The notes below the pieces were generated by a model. The model worked only from the letters and a program-made list of their open reading frames with translations, ran no database searches and was not told the origin of the DNA. From the NCBI GenBank assembly GCA_036504855.1, contig DASXUL010000031.1:3077-67076 (forward strand): 64,000 bases of DNA, written 5' to 3'. This DNA is from Armatimonadota bacterium (GTDB taxonomy: Bacteria > Armatimonadota > DTGP01 > JAKQQT01). Below, in pieces: positions 1 to 9,215 of this stretch; position 1 is the first letter of the stretch; each line of letters begins with the position of its first letter. The position numbers were made by a program, and so were the translations under genes.

Positions 1-152
1 TCGCCCTGGCGCTGCACTGCGGGCTGGACTTCCCGAATGCGCTCCTCGAATGCTGCCTGAACGGCGCGCCGGCCAATCTCCCAACCGACTACCCGGACGG
101 CGTTCGCTGCCGCAACACCTATCCCGGCGACCTATCGCACCTGTTCTCGATC

Positions 153-911
153 TTGAAGGCCCATCCGCGCCCCGGCGATCCTCCGCCGCCCTCACGCGCG
201 AAAAGCGCGCTGGAGTTCGCCGCCCTTTCGGTGAACCCCACCATCCGCCACGACCACCTCTGGCGGTCGGACCCGATGCCGGGCTTCGTGCAGCTTGGGA
301 AGGCCGCCGCCCTGGTCTCGACGAAGGCTGCGGGGCGGCTGGCCCAACCGCTCGCCAATCGGCGCGACGCCAGGTTGCTGGGGCGATTGGCGCGGGAATA
401 CGAGGCGCGCGAGCTTCGCCCGCATCACTTCGACCCGCCCCCTCGCCGCCTGCTCTTCCTCTGCTACGGCAACATCTGCCGCAGCCCCTTCGCCGAGCTC
501 TATTGGAACGCCAGGGCCCAAGAAGCCGCCCGCCCGATGCCGGAGGCCATCTCCGCGGGGTTCATCCCGGAGCCCCACCGCTCCACGCCGGCTCGCATCG
601 CCCTTCTCGCGGCGGAATGCGGAGTGGACCTGAGCGCTCACCGCTCGCGCGTTGTGGGCAGGGCCGACATAGACGCCGCCGACGCCATCTTCGTGATGGA
701 CCTCAACAATTGGCGCGATCTGATGTCGCGGTTCCCCGGCGCCGAGGGCAAAGCCTGCTTCCTGGGCGCCTACGCGGACGGCGGCGACGCGGACCAGATG
801 GAAATCGAAGACCCGTACGAGCTCGACGCCGACGGAGGCCGCGCCTGCTACGGGCTCCTGAAGCGGGCCCTGGACGGTTTGTTCGCTCGCGTGTTGGCCT
901 CCCAGCCCTAA
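153..911 (+). CDS. Low-molecular-weight protein-tyrosine phosphatase domain protein (Wzb/Ptp-like). The frame is open back to nt 3, so the true 5' end is uncertain and the gene may be larger or start upstream of the window.
   Basis: CX5R P-loop signature LLFLCYGNICRSP and a downstream DPY (Asp-loop) motif. Stop TAA at 909-911. No stop in this frame between nt 3 and 153. Confidence 0.6.
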   Translation: MKAHPRPGDPPPPSRAKSALEFAALSVNPTIRHDHLWRSDPMPGFVQLGKAAALVSTKAAGRLAQPLANRRDARLLGRLAREYEARELRPHHFDPPPRRLLFLCYGNICRSPFAELYWNARAQEAARPMPEAISAGFIPEPHRSTPARIALLAAECGVDLSAHRSRVVGRADIDAADAIFVMDLNNWRDLMSRFPGAEGKACFLGAYADGGDADQMEIEDPYELDADGGRACYGLLKRALDGLFARVLASQP

Positions 912-1013
912 CCGCGCGAGCGTGCAACCCGCGCTTGCCTTGCCCGGCCCCTTCCGCTTATCATGAGGAGGCGTTTGCGCGCCTGCTCAGACGCCTATTG
1001 AGGAGACCATTCA

Positions 1014-1220
1014 ATGGCCAAGTACAAGATCAAGACAAACCGCCGAGCCGCCAAGACCTTCAAGATCACCGGCACCGGCAAGATCACACACCGCGCCAGC
1101 AACAACAGCCATAAGGCGATCAAGCGGAGCCAAGCTCGCAATCGCCGGCTGGACCAGGAAACCGTGGTGACCGGCAAGACAGCCAAGCGCATCGCTTTGC
1201 TGCTGCCTGGCAAGTTTTAG
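1014..1220 (+). CDS. rpmI: 50S ribosomal protein L35
   Basis: 68-aa basic protein MAKYKIKTNRRAAKTFKITGTGKI..., typical L35. Immediately precedes rplT. Confidence 0.9.
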   Translation: MAKYKIKTNRRAAKTFKITGTGKITHRASNNSHKAIKRSQARNRRLDQETVVTGKTAKRIALLLPGKF

Positions 1221-1340
1221 GGTTCTGAGGCCAGGAGGCAGGGCATTCCCCAACCTCCAGCCCCACCCCATTCCCCCCGGACACACGCGGCCCCGGCAAG
1301 GGGCCGATGGAATCCGCGGACCTAAGAGGAAACCAAACAT

Positions 1341-1691
<351 letters not shown>

Positions 1692-1776
1692 GACGAGCAA
1701 ACCGCATATCTGGTTGATTCTCAAGCCGCCTTCTGTGAAAACCGACACGGAAGGCGGCTTGCTGCATTATCGCCCC

Positions 1777-2775
1777 ATGAACATAGACGAACTACTGAAA
1801 GACGCCCGCGCCCGCATCGGCGCGGCAAACACCAGCGTCGATCTTGACGCTCTCGACACAGAGTACCTCGGCCGTAAGGGCAGCGTTACGGCCCTGCGCC
1901 GAACGCTCGGGCAGGCCGCCGCGGAAGACCGGCCCCGCCTCGGCCAGGCCATTAACGCCGCCGCCGTCGAAGTGGAAGCCCTCGTCGCCAGCCGCCGCGC
2001 GGAACTGCTGGCCGGCGAAACCGCCGCACGCCTTGAGGCGGAACGCCTGGACGTTACCCTGCCCGGCGCCCCGCGCCGTTTGGGACGCGTTCACCCCCTC
2101 ACCGCCACCATCAACCGCGTGCAGGATATCTTCTGCGGACTCGGCTTCACCTTCCTGGATATGCCGGACGTGGAAGACGTGGCCTACAATTTCGGCGCGC
2201 TGAACTACCCGGAAGACCACCCGGCGATGGATGAGCAGATGTCCTTCTTCGTGGAGGGCACGGCCGGCCGCTATATGCTGCGCACGCAGACGACGGCCTT
2301 CCAGGGACACATCCTCGAAAAGGTGAAGCCGCCCTTCCGCTTCGCTACCGTTGGACGCTGCTACCGCTACGAAGCCGTGGACGCCACGCACGGTCACACG
2401 TTCCACCAGGTGGACTGCTTCGCCGTGGGCGAGGGCATCAGCATGGCGGACCTGCGCGGCACGCTGCAGGAGTTCGTGAACCAGATGTTCGGCGAGGGCG
2501 TTACCGTGCGCTTCCGCCCCGATTTCTTCCCGTTCGTGGAGCCCGGCGCGGAGATCGCCATCCGTTGGGAAGTCGACGGCCAGGAGCGCTACCTCGAATT
2601 GGGCGGCGCCGGCCTCGTGCACCCCAACATCCTGGAGCATTTCGGCATCGACAGCGAACGCTACACCGGCTTCGCCTTCGGCCTCGGCCTCGAACGCATG
2701 CCGATGATCCAGTACGGCATCCCCGACCTGCGCCTCTTCTGGGAGAACGACCTGCGCTTCCTGGAGCAGTTCTAG
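1777..2775 (+). CDS. pheS: Phenylalanine--tRNA ligase alpha subunit
   Basis: Class II aaRS motifs (FRPDFFPFVEPGAE, GAGLVHPNIL...GFAFGLGLERM). The ORF opens at 1714, but the PheS-like N-terminus MNIDELLKDAR starts at ATG 1777. Confidence 0.9.
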   Translation: MNIDELLKDARARIGAANTSVDLDALDTEYLGRKGSVTALRRTLGQAAAEDRPRLGQAINAAAVEVEALVASRRAELLAGETAARLEAERLDVTLPGAPRRLGRVHPLTATINRVQDIFCGLGFTFLDMPDVEDVAYNFGALNYPEDHPAMDEQMSFFVEGTAGRYMLRTQTTAFQGHILEKVKPPFRFATVGRCYRYEAVDATHGHTFHQVDCFAVGEGISMADLRGTLQEFVNQMFGEGVTVRFRPDFFPFVEPGAEIAIRWEVDGQERYLELGGAGLVHPNILEHFGIDSERYTGFAFGLGLERMPMIQYGIPDLRLFWENDLRFLEQF

Positions 2776-2904
2776 GCTTACGAGTCATCAGTTATCAGTC
2801 GTCAGTCATCAGCCCGAAGGCTTTGATCAATCAGGCGGCCTTGCCTACGTGCGGCGCCTCCGGCTGACAACTGACGACTGATGACTGACGACTGACAACT
2901 AACC
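2776..2904. repeat. Nested-palindrome intergenic element, copy 1. It fills the entire pheS-pheT spacer.
   Basis: Left arm gagtcatcagttatcagtcgtcagtcatcagcc; right arm ggctgacaactgacgactgatgactgacgactgacaact. Arms are heptamer (TCAGTCA-like) tandems. The inner GC-rich hairpin is cccgaagg...cctccggctg. Confidence 0.75.
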
Positions 2905-4923
2905 ATGAAATATCCTCTTGAGTGGGTTTTGGAATATGCGCCCGTGGATTGGGGCGCGGAAGTAGTGGCGGAGCGGCTGACGATGAGCGGCTCCGAAGTG
3001 GAACACATGCGCGACGGCGTGATGGAAGTGAAGGTCACCCCCAACCGGGGCGACACGCTCTCCATGGTCGGCCTGGCGCGCGAGGTGGCCGCGCTGTCGC
3101 GCCAGAACGTGCACATCCCGGATACCGCCGTGCCCGAGGGCGCCGTGAGCGTCTTCGACCTCGCCCGCGTGGACGTGGACGCCCAGGACCTCTGCCCGCG
3201 ATACGCCGCCCGCGTGGTGCAGGGCGTGAAGATCGGCCCGTCGCCCGAATGGCTCGCCCAACGCGTTGAGGCGGCCGGCCTCCGCTCCATCAGCAACGTG
3301 GTGGACATCACCAACTACGTGATGCTGGAGTTCGGGCAGCCCCTGCACGCCTTCGATTACGACCTTCTGGCCGAGAACCGCATCGTGGTGCGCCGCGCCA
3401 AACCCGGCGAAACGCTGACCACCATCGACGGCGATGAGCGCAGTCTCTCGCCCGATATGCTGGTCATCGCGGACGCGGATAAAGCCGTGGCCGTGGCCGG
3501 CGTGATGGGCGGCGTTGACTCCGAAATCTCGGACGGCACGACCAACGTGCTGCTGGAGAGCGCGCATTTCGATGCCCTCAGTATCCGCCGCACCGCCAAG
3601 GCGCTGGGCATGAGCACCGACGCCAGCTACCGGTTCGAACGGACCGTGGATCCCGCCGGCGTGGTCCTCGCCATCGACCGCGCCGCCCAGCTACTCGTGC
3701 GGGTAGCGGGCGGAACCGTTGCCCAGGGCGTCATCGACCGCGACTGGACGCCGTCGCGTCCGCGCGTGCTCTCGTTGCGCCCCGAGCGCTGCAACACGAT
3801 CCTCGGCTTGGAGTTCTCGGCGGAGCAGATGACGGACGCCCTTGCCTCGCTGAACCTGAGCCCCGTGGGAGAGTCCCCCATTCAGTGCACGATTCCCACC
3901 TACCGGCCGGACCTCGTGCGCGAGGATGACCTGGCTGAGGAAGTGGGCCGCATTCTGGGCTACGACCTGATCCCGGCCAACCCGGTGAACGGTGAGCACC
4001 TGCACGGCGGCCTGAGCGCGCCGGAGCGCTTCCGCCGCCAACTCCATACCGTGGCGCTGTCGTGCGGCTGGCAGGAAGCCGTAAACCCCACGCTGGCGGA
4101 CGACGAGATCGTCTGCGCCCTCGGCTTCACGGCCACGGCGCGGCTCTCGAACCCGCTTTCCCGCGAAGTGAACGTCATCCGCCCCAGCCTGCTGCCGGGC
4201 GTGGTGGATTCGATCCGCCGCAACCTGCGCCAGCAGCGAACGAGCCTGGGTTTCTACGAGATCGGCCGCGCGCATCAGATGGTGGACGGCGCCCCCCGCG
4301 AGGACGTGCGCTGGGCCGCCGCCGTGATCGGCCCGGTTGCGACGCCGAGCTGGACGGGCCAGCCCGCCGTCGCTGATTTCTATACGCTGAAAGGCTCGCT
4401 GGAATCCGCGTTCGCCGCGCTGCGCGCCGGCGCCCCCGAGTTCACGGCCGAAACCCATGAGGGCTTCCACCCGGGCCGCACCGCCGGCGTGGTTCTGAAC
4501 GGACGCCGCATCGGCTTCATCGGCGAGTTGCACCCGGACCTGGCGGCCAAATGGGATATCGCGGGGCGATTGGTGATGTTCGAGGTGGATGTCGCCGCGC
4601 TGCACCATGCCGCCGCCGGGGCCAAATTCGCCGCCCTGCCCCGCTTCCCGGGCGCGACCCGCGACATCTCGTTTGTGGTGGACCGGTCGCTGAAGCAGGC
4701 AACCATCGCCGCCATCATCCGCGAGGCCGCCGGCCCGCTGCTGACGGACCTGACGCTGTTCGACCTCTATCGCGGCGAACGCCTGAGCGCCGACAAGCAG
4801 AGCATGGCCTACCGCCTGACGCTTCGCTCCGATGACCGCACGCTGTCCGACGAAGAGGCGAACGGCATCCGCGACGCGGTGAGGGCGGCCCTGGCCGAAA
4901 AGGCCGGAGCCCCCACCCAGTGA
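2905..4923 (+). CDS. pheT: Phenylalanine--tRNA ligase beta subunit, short form of 672 aa that lacks the N-terminal tRNA-binding OB-fold region
   Basis: B3/4 domain motif VTPNRGDTLSMVGLAREVAA, B5 and core domains, and a C-terminal FDX-ACB-like region. Immediately follows pheS. Confidence 0.9.
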   Translation: MKYPLEWVLEYAPVDWGAEVVAERLTMSGSEVEHMRDGVMEVKVTPNRGDTLSMVGLAREVAALSRQNVHIPDTAVPEGAVSVFDLARVDVDAQDLCPRYAARVVQGVKIGPSPEWLAQRVEAAGLRSISNVVDITNYVMLEFGQPLHAFDYDLLAENRIVVRRAKPGETLTTIDGDERSLSPDMLVIADADKAVAVAGVMGGVDSEISDGTTNVLLESAHFDALSIRRTAKALGMSTDASYRFERTVDPAGVVLAIDRAAQLLVRVAGGTVAQGVIDRDWTPSRPRVLSLRPERCNTILGLEFSAEQMTDALASLNLSPVGESPIQCTIPTYRPDLVREDDLAEEVGRILGYDLIPANPVNGEHLHGGLSAPERFRRQLHTVALSCGWQEAVNPTLADDEIVCALGFTATARLSNPLSREVNVIRPSLLPGVVDSIRRNLRQQRTSLGFYEIGRAHQMVDGAPREDVRWAAAVIGPVATPSWTGQPAVADFYTLKGSLESAFAALRAGAPEFTAETHEGFHPGRTAGVVLNGRRIGFIGELHPDLAAKWDIAGRLVMFEVDVAALHHAAAGAKFAALPRFPGATRDISFVVDRSLKQATIAAIIREAAGPLLTDLTLFDLYRGERLSADKQSMAYRLTLRSDDRTLSDEEANGIRDAVRAALAEKAGAPTQ

Positions 4924-6674
4924 GATTGCGCGGGAAGGGCGCGGCGCCGGAGCGCGAGGGAAACGGGCAACCGTCCCCTTCCGCTTCCGCCGCGCCCTTC
5001 CCGCGCGCCGTTCTGGCCGCCATCCTCCTTGGCGCCGCCTACCTGCGCTTTTCCGGGCTCGCCTGGGGCCTGCCGAACGCCCACCACTGGTTCTCCTACC
5101 ACCCGGACGAAGCCCTCATCCTGCTGGCCGCCGCCAAGGTGAACGTGTTCGCCGGGCAGCTTGACCCTGGATTCTTCAACTACGGCAGCCTGTACATCTA
5201 CCTGATCAGCGCCGTCACGCACGTTCTGGATGCCTGGGCGCCGCTTTCGCAGCCGTGGCAGGAGCTTGCCCGGATGACGCTCGTCGGGCGCGCGCTCGCC
5301 GCATCCTTCGGCGTCGGCACGGTTTACGCAACGTACCTCATCGCCAACCGCCTGGCGGGACGGCGCGCGGGGTTCATCGCGGCCATCATCATGGCCGTGC
5401 TGCCGATGCACGTTGTCCACTCGCACTTCGCAACCGTGGATGTGCCTGCCACGTTCTGGGTGAGCGCGGCGCTTTACAACGCCCTCCGCTGGCCGGCGGG
5501 ACGGCGCGCGGCGCTGTGGTGCGGCATCTTCGCGGGCCTCGCGGCCGGCACGAAGTACAACGCGGGCCTCGTGTTGCTGGCCAGCTGGGCCGCCGCGGCG
5601 ATGGCGAGGGAGGTTCCGAAATCGGCCCGCTGGCAGGCCGCCGGCCTGATAACCGCCGCCTGCGCCGCGGCGTTCCTCTTGAGCACGCCGGGCGTCGCCA
5701 TCAACACGCCGCAGTTCCTCCACGATTTCGGCTATGAGGCGCAACACGTGCGCACCGGCCACGGCCTGGTGTTCGTGAACACGGGGCCCGGCTGGCTGTA
5801 TCACCTGAGGGTCAACCTCTGGCAGGGGATCGGCCCGTTCCTCCCCATCGCGGCGCTCATCGCCCTGCGCCATATCCGCCGGCCGGTTCGGTTGCACCCC
5901 GCGACCATCACCCTCTTGGCGTTCGGGCTTCCGTACTTCGCGCTGATCGCCGCCGCCGCCGTTCGCTTCCAGCGCTACGATATGCCGCTGCTTCCGCTGC
6001 TGGCGGCCGGCGCCGCCGTGCTGATGGACCGCGAACGCGGGCGCTGGATGCACGTCTCCACCGCGGCGATCATCGCCACGATGGTCCTGGCAACCGGCCT
6101 CAAGAACACGATGGCCGCCCCCGCGGGCGACCTTCAGATGACCGGACAGCCGTACAGAGGCGATCCGAGGGACGCCGTGGCGGAGTGGTTCCGTCAGACA
6201 GTCCCGCCCGGCCGAACGGTGGGTCTCGCCTCCGCCCCCTGGTTCTACACGCCGCCCTTCACCACCGCCAACGCGGGCCCGCAGTCTCGCGGCGCCTTCG
6301 GGCACGAAGCCACGCCGCCGGCTTATCCTCTGCTGTTGCCGGACGCCGAGGGGGAGACGGCCTGGAGCCAATGGCCGGACCTCATTGTGATTTCCGACTA
6401 CGAGTACGGCGACGCCATGCGCCTGCAGGGCGCGCCGGTTGTGGAGCGGGCGGCGCAGATCGACCGCGTGAAGATCGACCCATCCTCGCCCGAGGAGGCG
6501 CAACGCATAGTCCGCCTCTGGAACAACGTTGTGGCCCGATATGAACTGGTAGGCCTGTGGTCGCCTCGAATGCCCGCTATGGGCCTCTCGTGGCCAAAGA
6601 AGGCCCTTCCGCCCCACGACGCCTTCTACCCCTACCCCACCCTCATCGTCTTCCGCCGCTCGGACAAGAAGTGA
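4920..6674 (+). CDS. GT-C fold membrane glycosyltransferase (PMT/ArnT-like, GT39/GT83-type)
   Basis: Multi-pass membrane protein with an N-terminal periplasmic-loop motif FSYHPDEALIL, typical of dolichyl/undecaprenyl-phosphate-sugar-dependent transferases. The ATGA overlap with pheT suggests co-transcription. Confidence 0.55.
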   Translation: MRLRGKGAAPEREGNGQPSPSASAAPFPRAVLAAILLGAAYLRFSGLAWGLPNAHHWFSYHPDEALILLAAAKVNVFAGQLDPGFFNYGSLYIYLISAVTHVLDAWAPLSQPWQELARMTLVGRALAASFGVGTVYATYLIANRLAGRRAGFIAAIIMAVLPMHVVHSHFATVDVPATFWVSAALYNALRWPAGRRAALWCGIFAGLAAGTKYNAGLVLLASWAAAAMAREVPKSARWQAAGLITAACAAAFLLSTPGVAINTPQFLHDFGYEAQHVRTGHGLVFVNTGPGWLYHLRVNLWQGIGPFLPIAALIALRHIRRPVRLHPATITLLAFGLPYFALIAAAAVRFQRYDMPLLPLLAAGAAVLMDRERGRWMHVSTAAIIATMVLATGLKNTMAAPAGDLQMTGQPYRGDPRDAVAEWFRQTVPPGRTVGLASAPWFYTPPFTTANAGPQSRGAFGHEATPPAYPLLLPDAEGETAWSQWPDLIVISDYEYGDAMRLQGAPVVERAAQIDRVKIDPSSPEEAQRIVRLWNNVVARYELVGLWSPRMPAMGLSWPKKALPPHDAFYPYPTLIVFRRSDKK

Positions 6675-6716
6675 GGGCCGGTGGCGGGCGCGCCGGCAGA
6701 TCCGAGACGGGGCGCC

Positions 6717-7310
6717 TCATCCGCCGATGCGAACGACAACCTGAACGGGCTTGGGGTCGTTCATTGAATGCGATGGATACGTCAGTCGGATGTGGTTTCG
6801 GTCCAGCACTTCGACTCTGAACTGATTCGTGCTGTGCTGGTAATCCAGTTCCCGCACCCAGACGAGGCCGGGGATGATCGGACGCTCCTCTATCACCGAC
6901 AGGTTGAAGCTCGAAAAGGCCCCGGGGCTGGACAGATAGCCCCGGATTGTGGACCGCCCTACGTGCGCCTTCGACTTGGAGTAGCTGGGTCCACTGACGC
7001 CAAGTCCCATCAGAAAGAACAGCAACGACAGCAGGAACGCCGCGAAGGAAAGGCCGGTGATGGGGGCAATTACGGTGAGGGCCACGGACCTCCTCCACCC
7101 TGGGAGGCATCGGCGCATATAACCGAAGCTGAAAGCCGGGAGCAGGAACGACCAGATGTTCACAAGGTCGTTGGCCCACCACACGGCAAACCGAGGGCCG
7201 CCGAACAGCCGGTCCACCTGCACGAGCGCGAACGCCAGCAGGCACACTGCCGCCCGAAAGGGCAGGCTGTCGGCCAACGCTCGCACGGTATGGGTAACGG
7301 CGTTCATCAG
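6717..7310 (-). CDS. Hypothetical membrane protein (3 predicted TM helices plus a C-terminal soluble domain). Last gene of the 11108-6717 minus-strand operon.
   Basis: The ORF runs 6717-7574, but the plausible start is MNAVTHTV at about 7310, which avoids overlap with the upstream gene. Hydrophobic segments: AAVCLLAFALV, IWSFLLPAFSFGY, LSFAAFLLSLLFFLMGLGV. Confidence 0.4.
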   Translation of the reverse strand: MMNAVTHTVRALADSLPFRAAVCLLAFALVQVDRLFGGPRFAVWWANDLVNIWSFLLPAFSFGYMRRCLPGWRRSVALTVIAPITGLSFAAFLLSLLFFLMGLGVSGPSYSKSKAHVGRSTIRGYLSSPGAFSSFNLSVIEERPIIPGLVWVRELDYQHSTNQFRVEVLDRNHIRLTYPSHSMNDPKPVQVVVRIGG

Positions 7311-7395
7311 TAGGCCCAAACGCAAAGCGTACGTCCTTGTCACGCTGGTTCGCACAACCTCCGGCGCCCCCAGCAAGTGGGCGACGCGACAGCGA

Positions 7396-9171
7396 TTAGC
7401 CGGAGCCGTAGATGAAGATGGCGAGCTTTCCGCCCCTTGCAAGCAGTTCATCATGCCGTCGGTCGCGTTCGGCGCGATCCTGGCGCTTGCGCCCTCCCAA
7501 GCCCCATCCACTTCCGGTGGCCCTATCGTCACATCGCTCGGGTTCGCCGTTGTCGATATGGAACCCGGCGGCAACGAAATCCGCCTCCTGGGCGCGCCTT
7601 AACTCCTCGCCGGCATTGATCGTGTCGATGTAGCAGACGCCGCCCGGGCGCAGCCAGCCGGCCAACCGCGCGACCAATTGCGCCCGCTCTGAGCCTTCGA
7701 AACCGTGGAGCAGCCGACTGGCGCAAATCAGATCGAACGGCTCGGGCGGCGAGTAGGTGAACAGGTCTGCCGCCACGGCATGCAAGCGGCCCCCCATGAC
7801 GCCGCCGCGCTCCGTTCTGTCACGCAGAGGGCCGTTCACGCGGCTGTGCCCGGGAACGATGTAATGGGAGACGAGCCGGTCCATTCCGCCCTGCTCGAAC
7901 TCGTATCCGTCTAGGAAGCGCGTTGCCACGGTGGAGATGTCCAGCGCCGTTACGTCGAAGCCCACGGAGGCATAGGCATGCGGGTGCAGAGCAATGCCGT
8001 TCCCGGCGAACAGGATGCGCAGGCATCCATGCGCGCGGAGCCAATCTACGCCCGGCATGCCGAAGACGAAGGGGAAGCAGAACGTATTCCGCCAGTTCTC
8101 ATGGGCGATGTTGCGCGTCCAGTAGCGGTCCCATCCGGCGATGTTGTTCCAGTCGCGTGGAGGGCTGATGTGCTCTTCCAAGGACTTTGCTTTCTGATCG
8201 ATCCAGCCGAGGAAGGTCAGCGGCAATCGCGACAGGCGGCGGTCCTCGGCGTCCTCAGGCGTCCATGTGCTGACCCGCACGTCGCCGAGGAACGACCGTC
8301 CGCGATCGAAACAGTAGAAACACGGCGCGAACCGCCCATTCCCCACACCGCCGATCCCCACCGCAAAGGGGACAAGTTCCTCCGGCATCGGCGGGGTGGC
8401 GCGACGCTGCTCCTCCATCACGGCCAAAAGGCTGCCATCCGCGTCCGGGGAGAGCGGCAGGAAGCGAGGACCTAGTTCGGCCTCCCCGAACTCCATCAGG
8501 AAACGGCGGTAGGCCTCAGGAAACGCGAAGCCCAACCGACTCTCCACCTGCGCGATCGCGTCGGGCGAGACCGGCGGGCCGTAGAGGAAGCCATCCCGAG
8601 CAAGATCCGAGTAGAGGCGCTCGGCTGTGCTCTCGTACGGCGCCGGCGTTTCGATCCACTCGCTCTCGAGGTCGATTTCATCCTCGATGTAGTCGAAGAA
8701 CGTGCGGCTTCCGCTGAGCTTGATGGCGGACGGAAACCAGGAGCGCTGGTGCTCACCGTCGCCATCCACATCCGCCGAGTCCAGTTGACCGACGAGTTCC
8801 ATCGGCTTCCGGTCCAACCGGCACTCCCATACCGCGAAGGGATACACGCTGGCGGGCGGCGGACTGCCGTGCTTCCCAGCCCGGAGGGCACTGGCGGCCG
8901 GCAGGAGGCCGGCGCGACCCGGAGCTTCCGGAGCGAGTATCTGCGAGCGCCCATAGTCCTGTCGTCCAATGCGTTGTCGCTGATCCGGGAGCACGGCGGC
9001 CCCGAACTCCAGGAGGAACCAGCGGCAGCTGGGCGAGAGGGAGTGGCCGAGTTCCGCCTCGGCTCGCGCGATGGCCTCCTCGCTCACCGGAGGGCCGGCG
9101 GTCGCCTCCCCCGTGGCGATCAGCGCGCGCATGCGTTTGGCGATCCGGCTAGAGCGTTCTTGCGGCGTCAT
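7396..9171 (-). CDS. Fusion protein: two SMI1/KNR4 (SUKH) domains followed by a C-terminal class I SAM-dependent methyltransferase domain
   Basis: SUKH-like segments SEEAIARAEAELGHSLSPSCRWFLLEFG and SPDAIAQVESRLGFAFPEAYRRFLMEFGEAE. C-terminus has a Rossmann-like ILFAGNGIALHP...DVTALDIS...LICASRLLH...LRPGGVCYI. Confidence 0.6.
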   Translation of the reverse strand: MTPQERSSRIAKRMRALIATGEATAGPPVSEEAIARAEAELGHSLSPSCRWFLLEFGAAVLPDQRQRIGRQDYGRSQILAPEAPGRAGLLPAASALRAGKHGSPPPASVYPFAVWECRLDRKPMELVGQLDSADVDGDGEHQRSWFPSAIKLSGSRTFFDYIEDEIDLESEWIETPAPYESTAERLYSDLARDGFLYGPPVSPDAIAQVESRLGFAFPEAYRRFLMEFGEAELGPRFLPLSPDADGSLLAVMEEQRRATPPMPEELVPFAVGIGGVGNGRFAPCFYCFDRGRSFLGDVRVSTWTPEDAEDRRLSRLPLTFLGWIDQKAKSLEEHISPPRDWNNIAGWDRYWTRNIAHENWRNTFCFPFVFGMPGVDWLRAHGCLRILFAGNGIALHPHAYASVGFDVTALDISTVATRFLDGYEFEQGGMDRLVSHYIVPGHSRVNGPLRDRTERGGVMGGRLHAVAADLFTYSPPEPFDLICASRLLHGFEGSERAQLVARLAGWLRPGGVCYIDTINAGEELRRAQEADFVAAGFHIDNGEPERCDDRATGSGWGLGGRKRQDRAERDRRHDELLARGGKLAIFIYGSG

Positions 9172-9215
9172 GGCGACGTACCTTTCTGTGAGCGGGACTG
9201 GCCCGTTCGTGGCTG

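Noticed and set aside
50-1114. 354-aa plus-strand ORF
   Set aside because: Arg/Pro-rich alternative frame overlapping the LMW-PTP gene and rpmI. Spurious.
1692-1776. Hairpin agccgccttc...gaaggcggct in the rplT-pheS spacer as a possible attenuator
   Set aside because: Short spacer and no U-tract or leader peptide identified. Insufficient evidence for a pheST attenuator or T-box.
4809-6617. 602-aa minus-strand ORF
   Set aside because: Antisense to the GT-C glycosyltransferase gene and extremely Arg/Gly/Pro-rich. No domain features.
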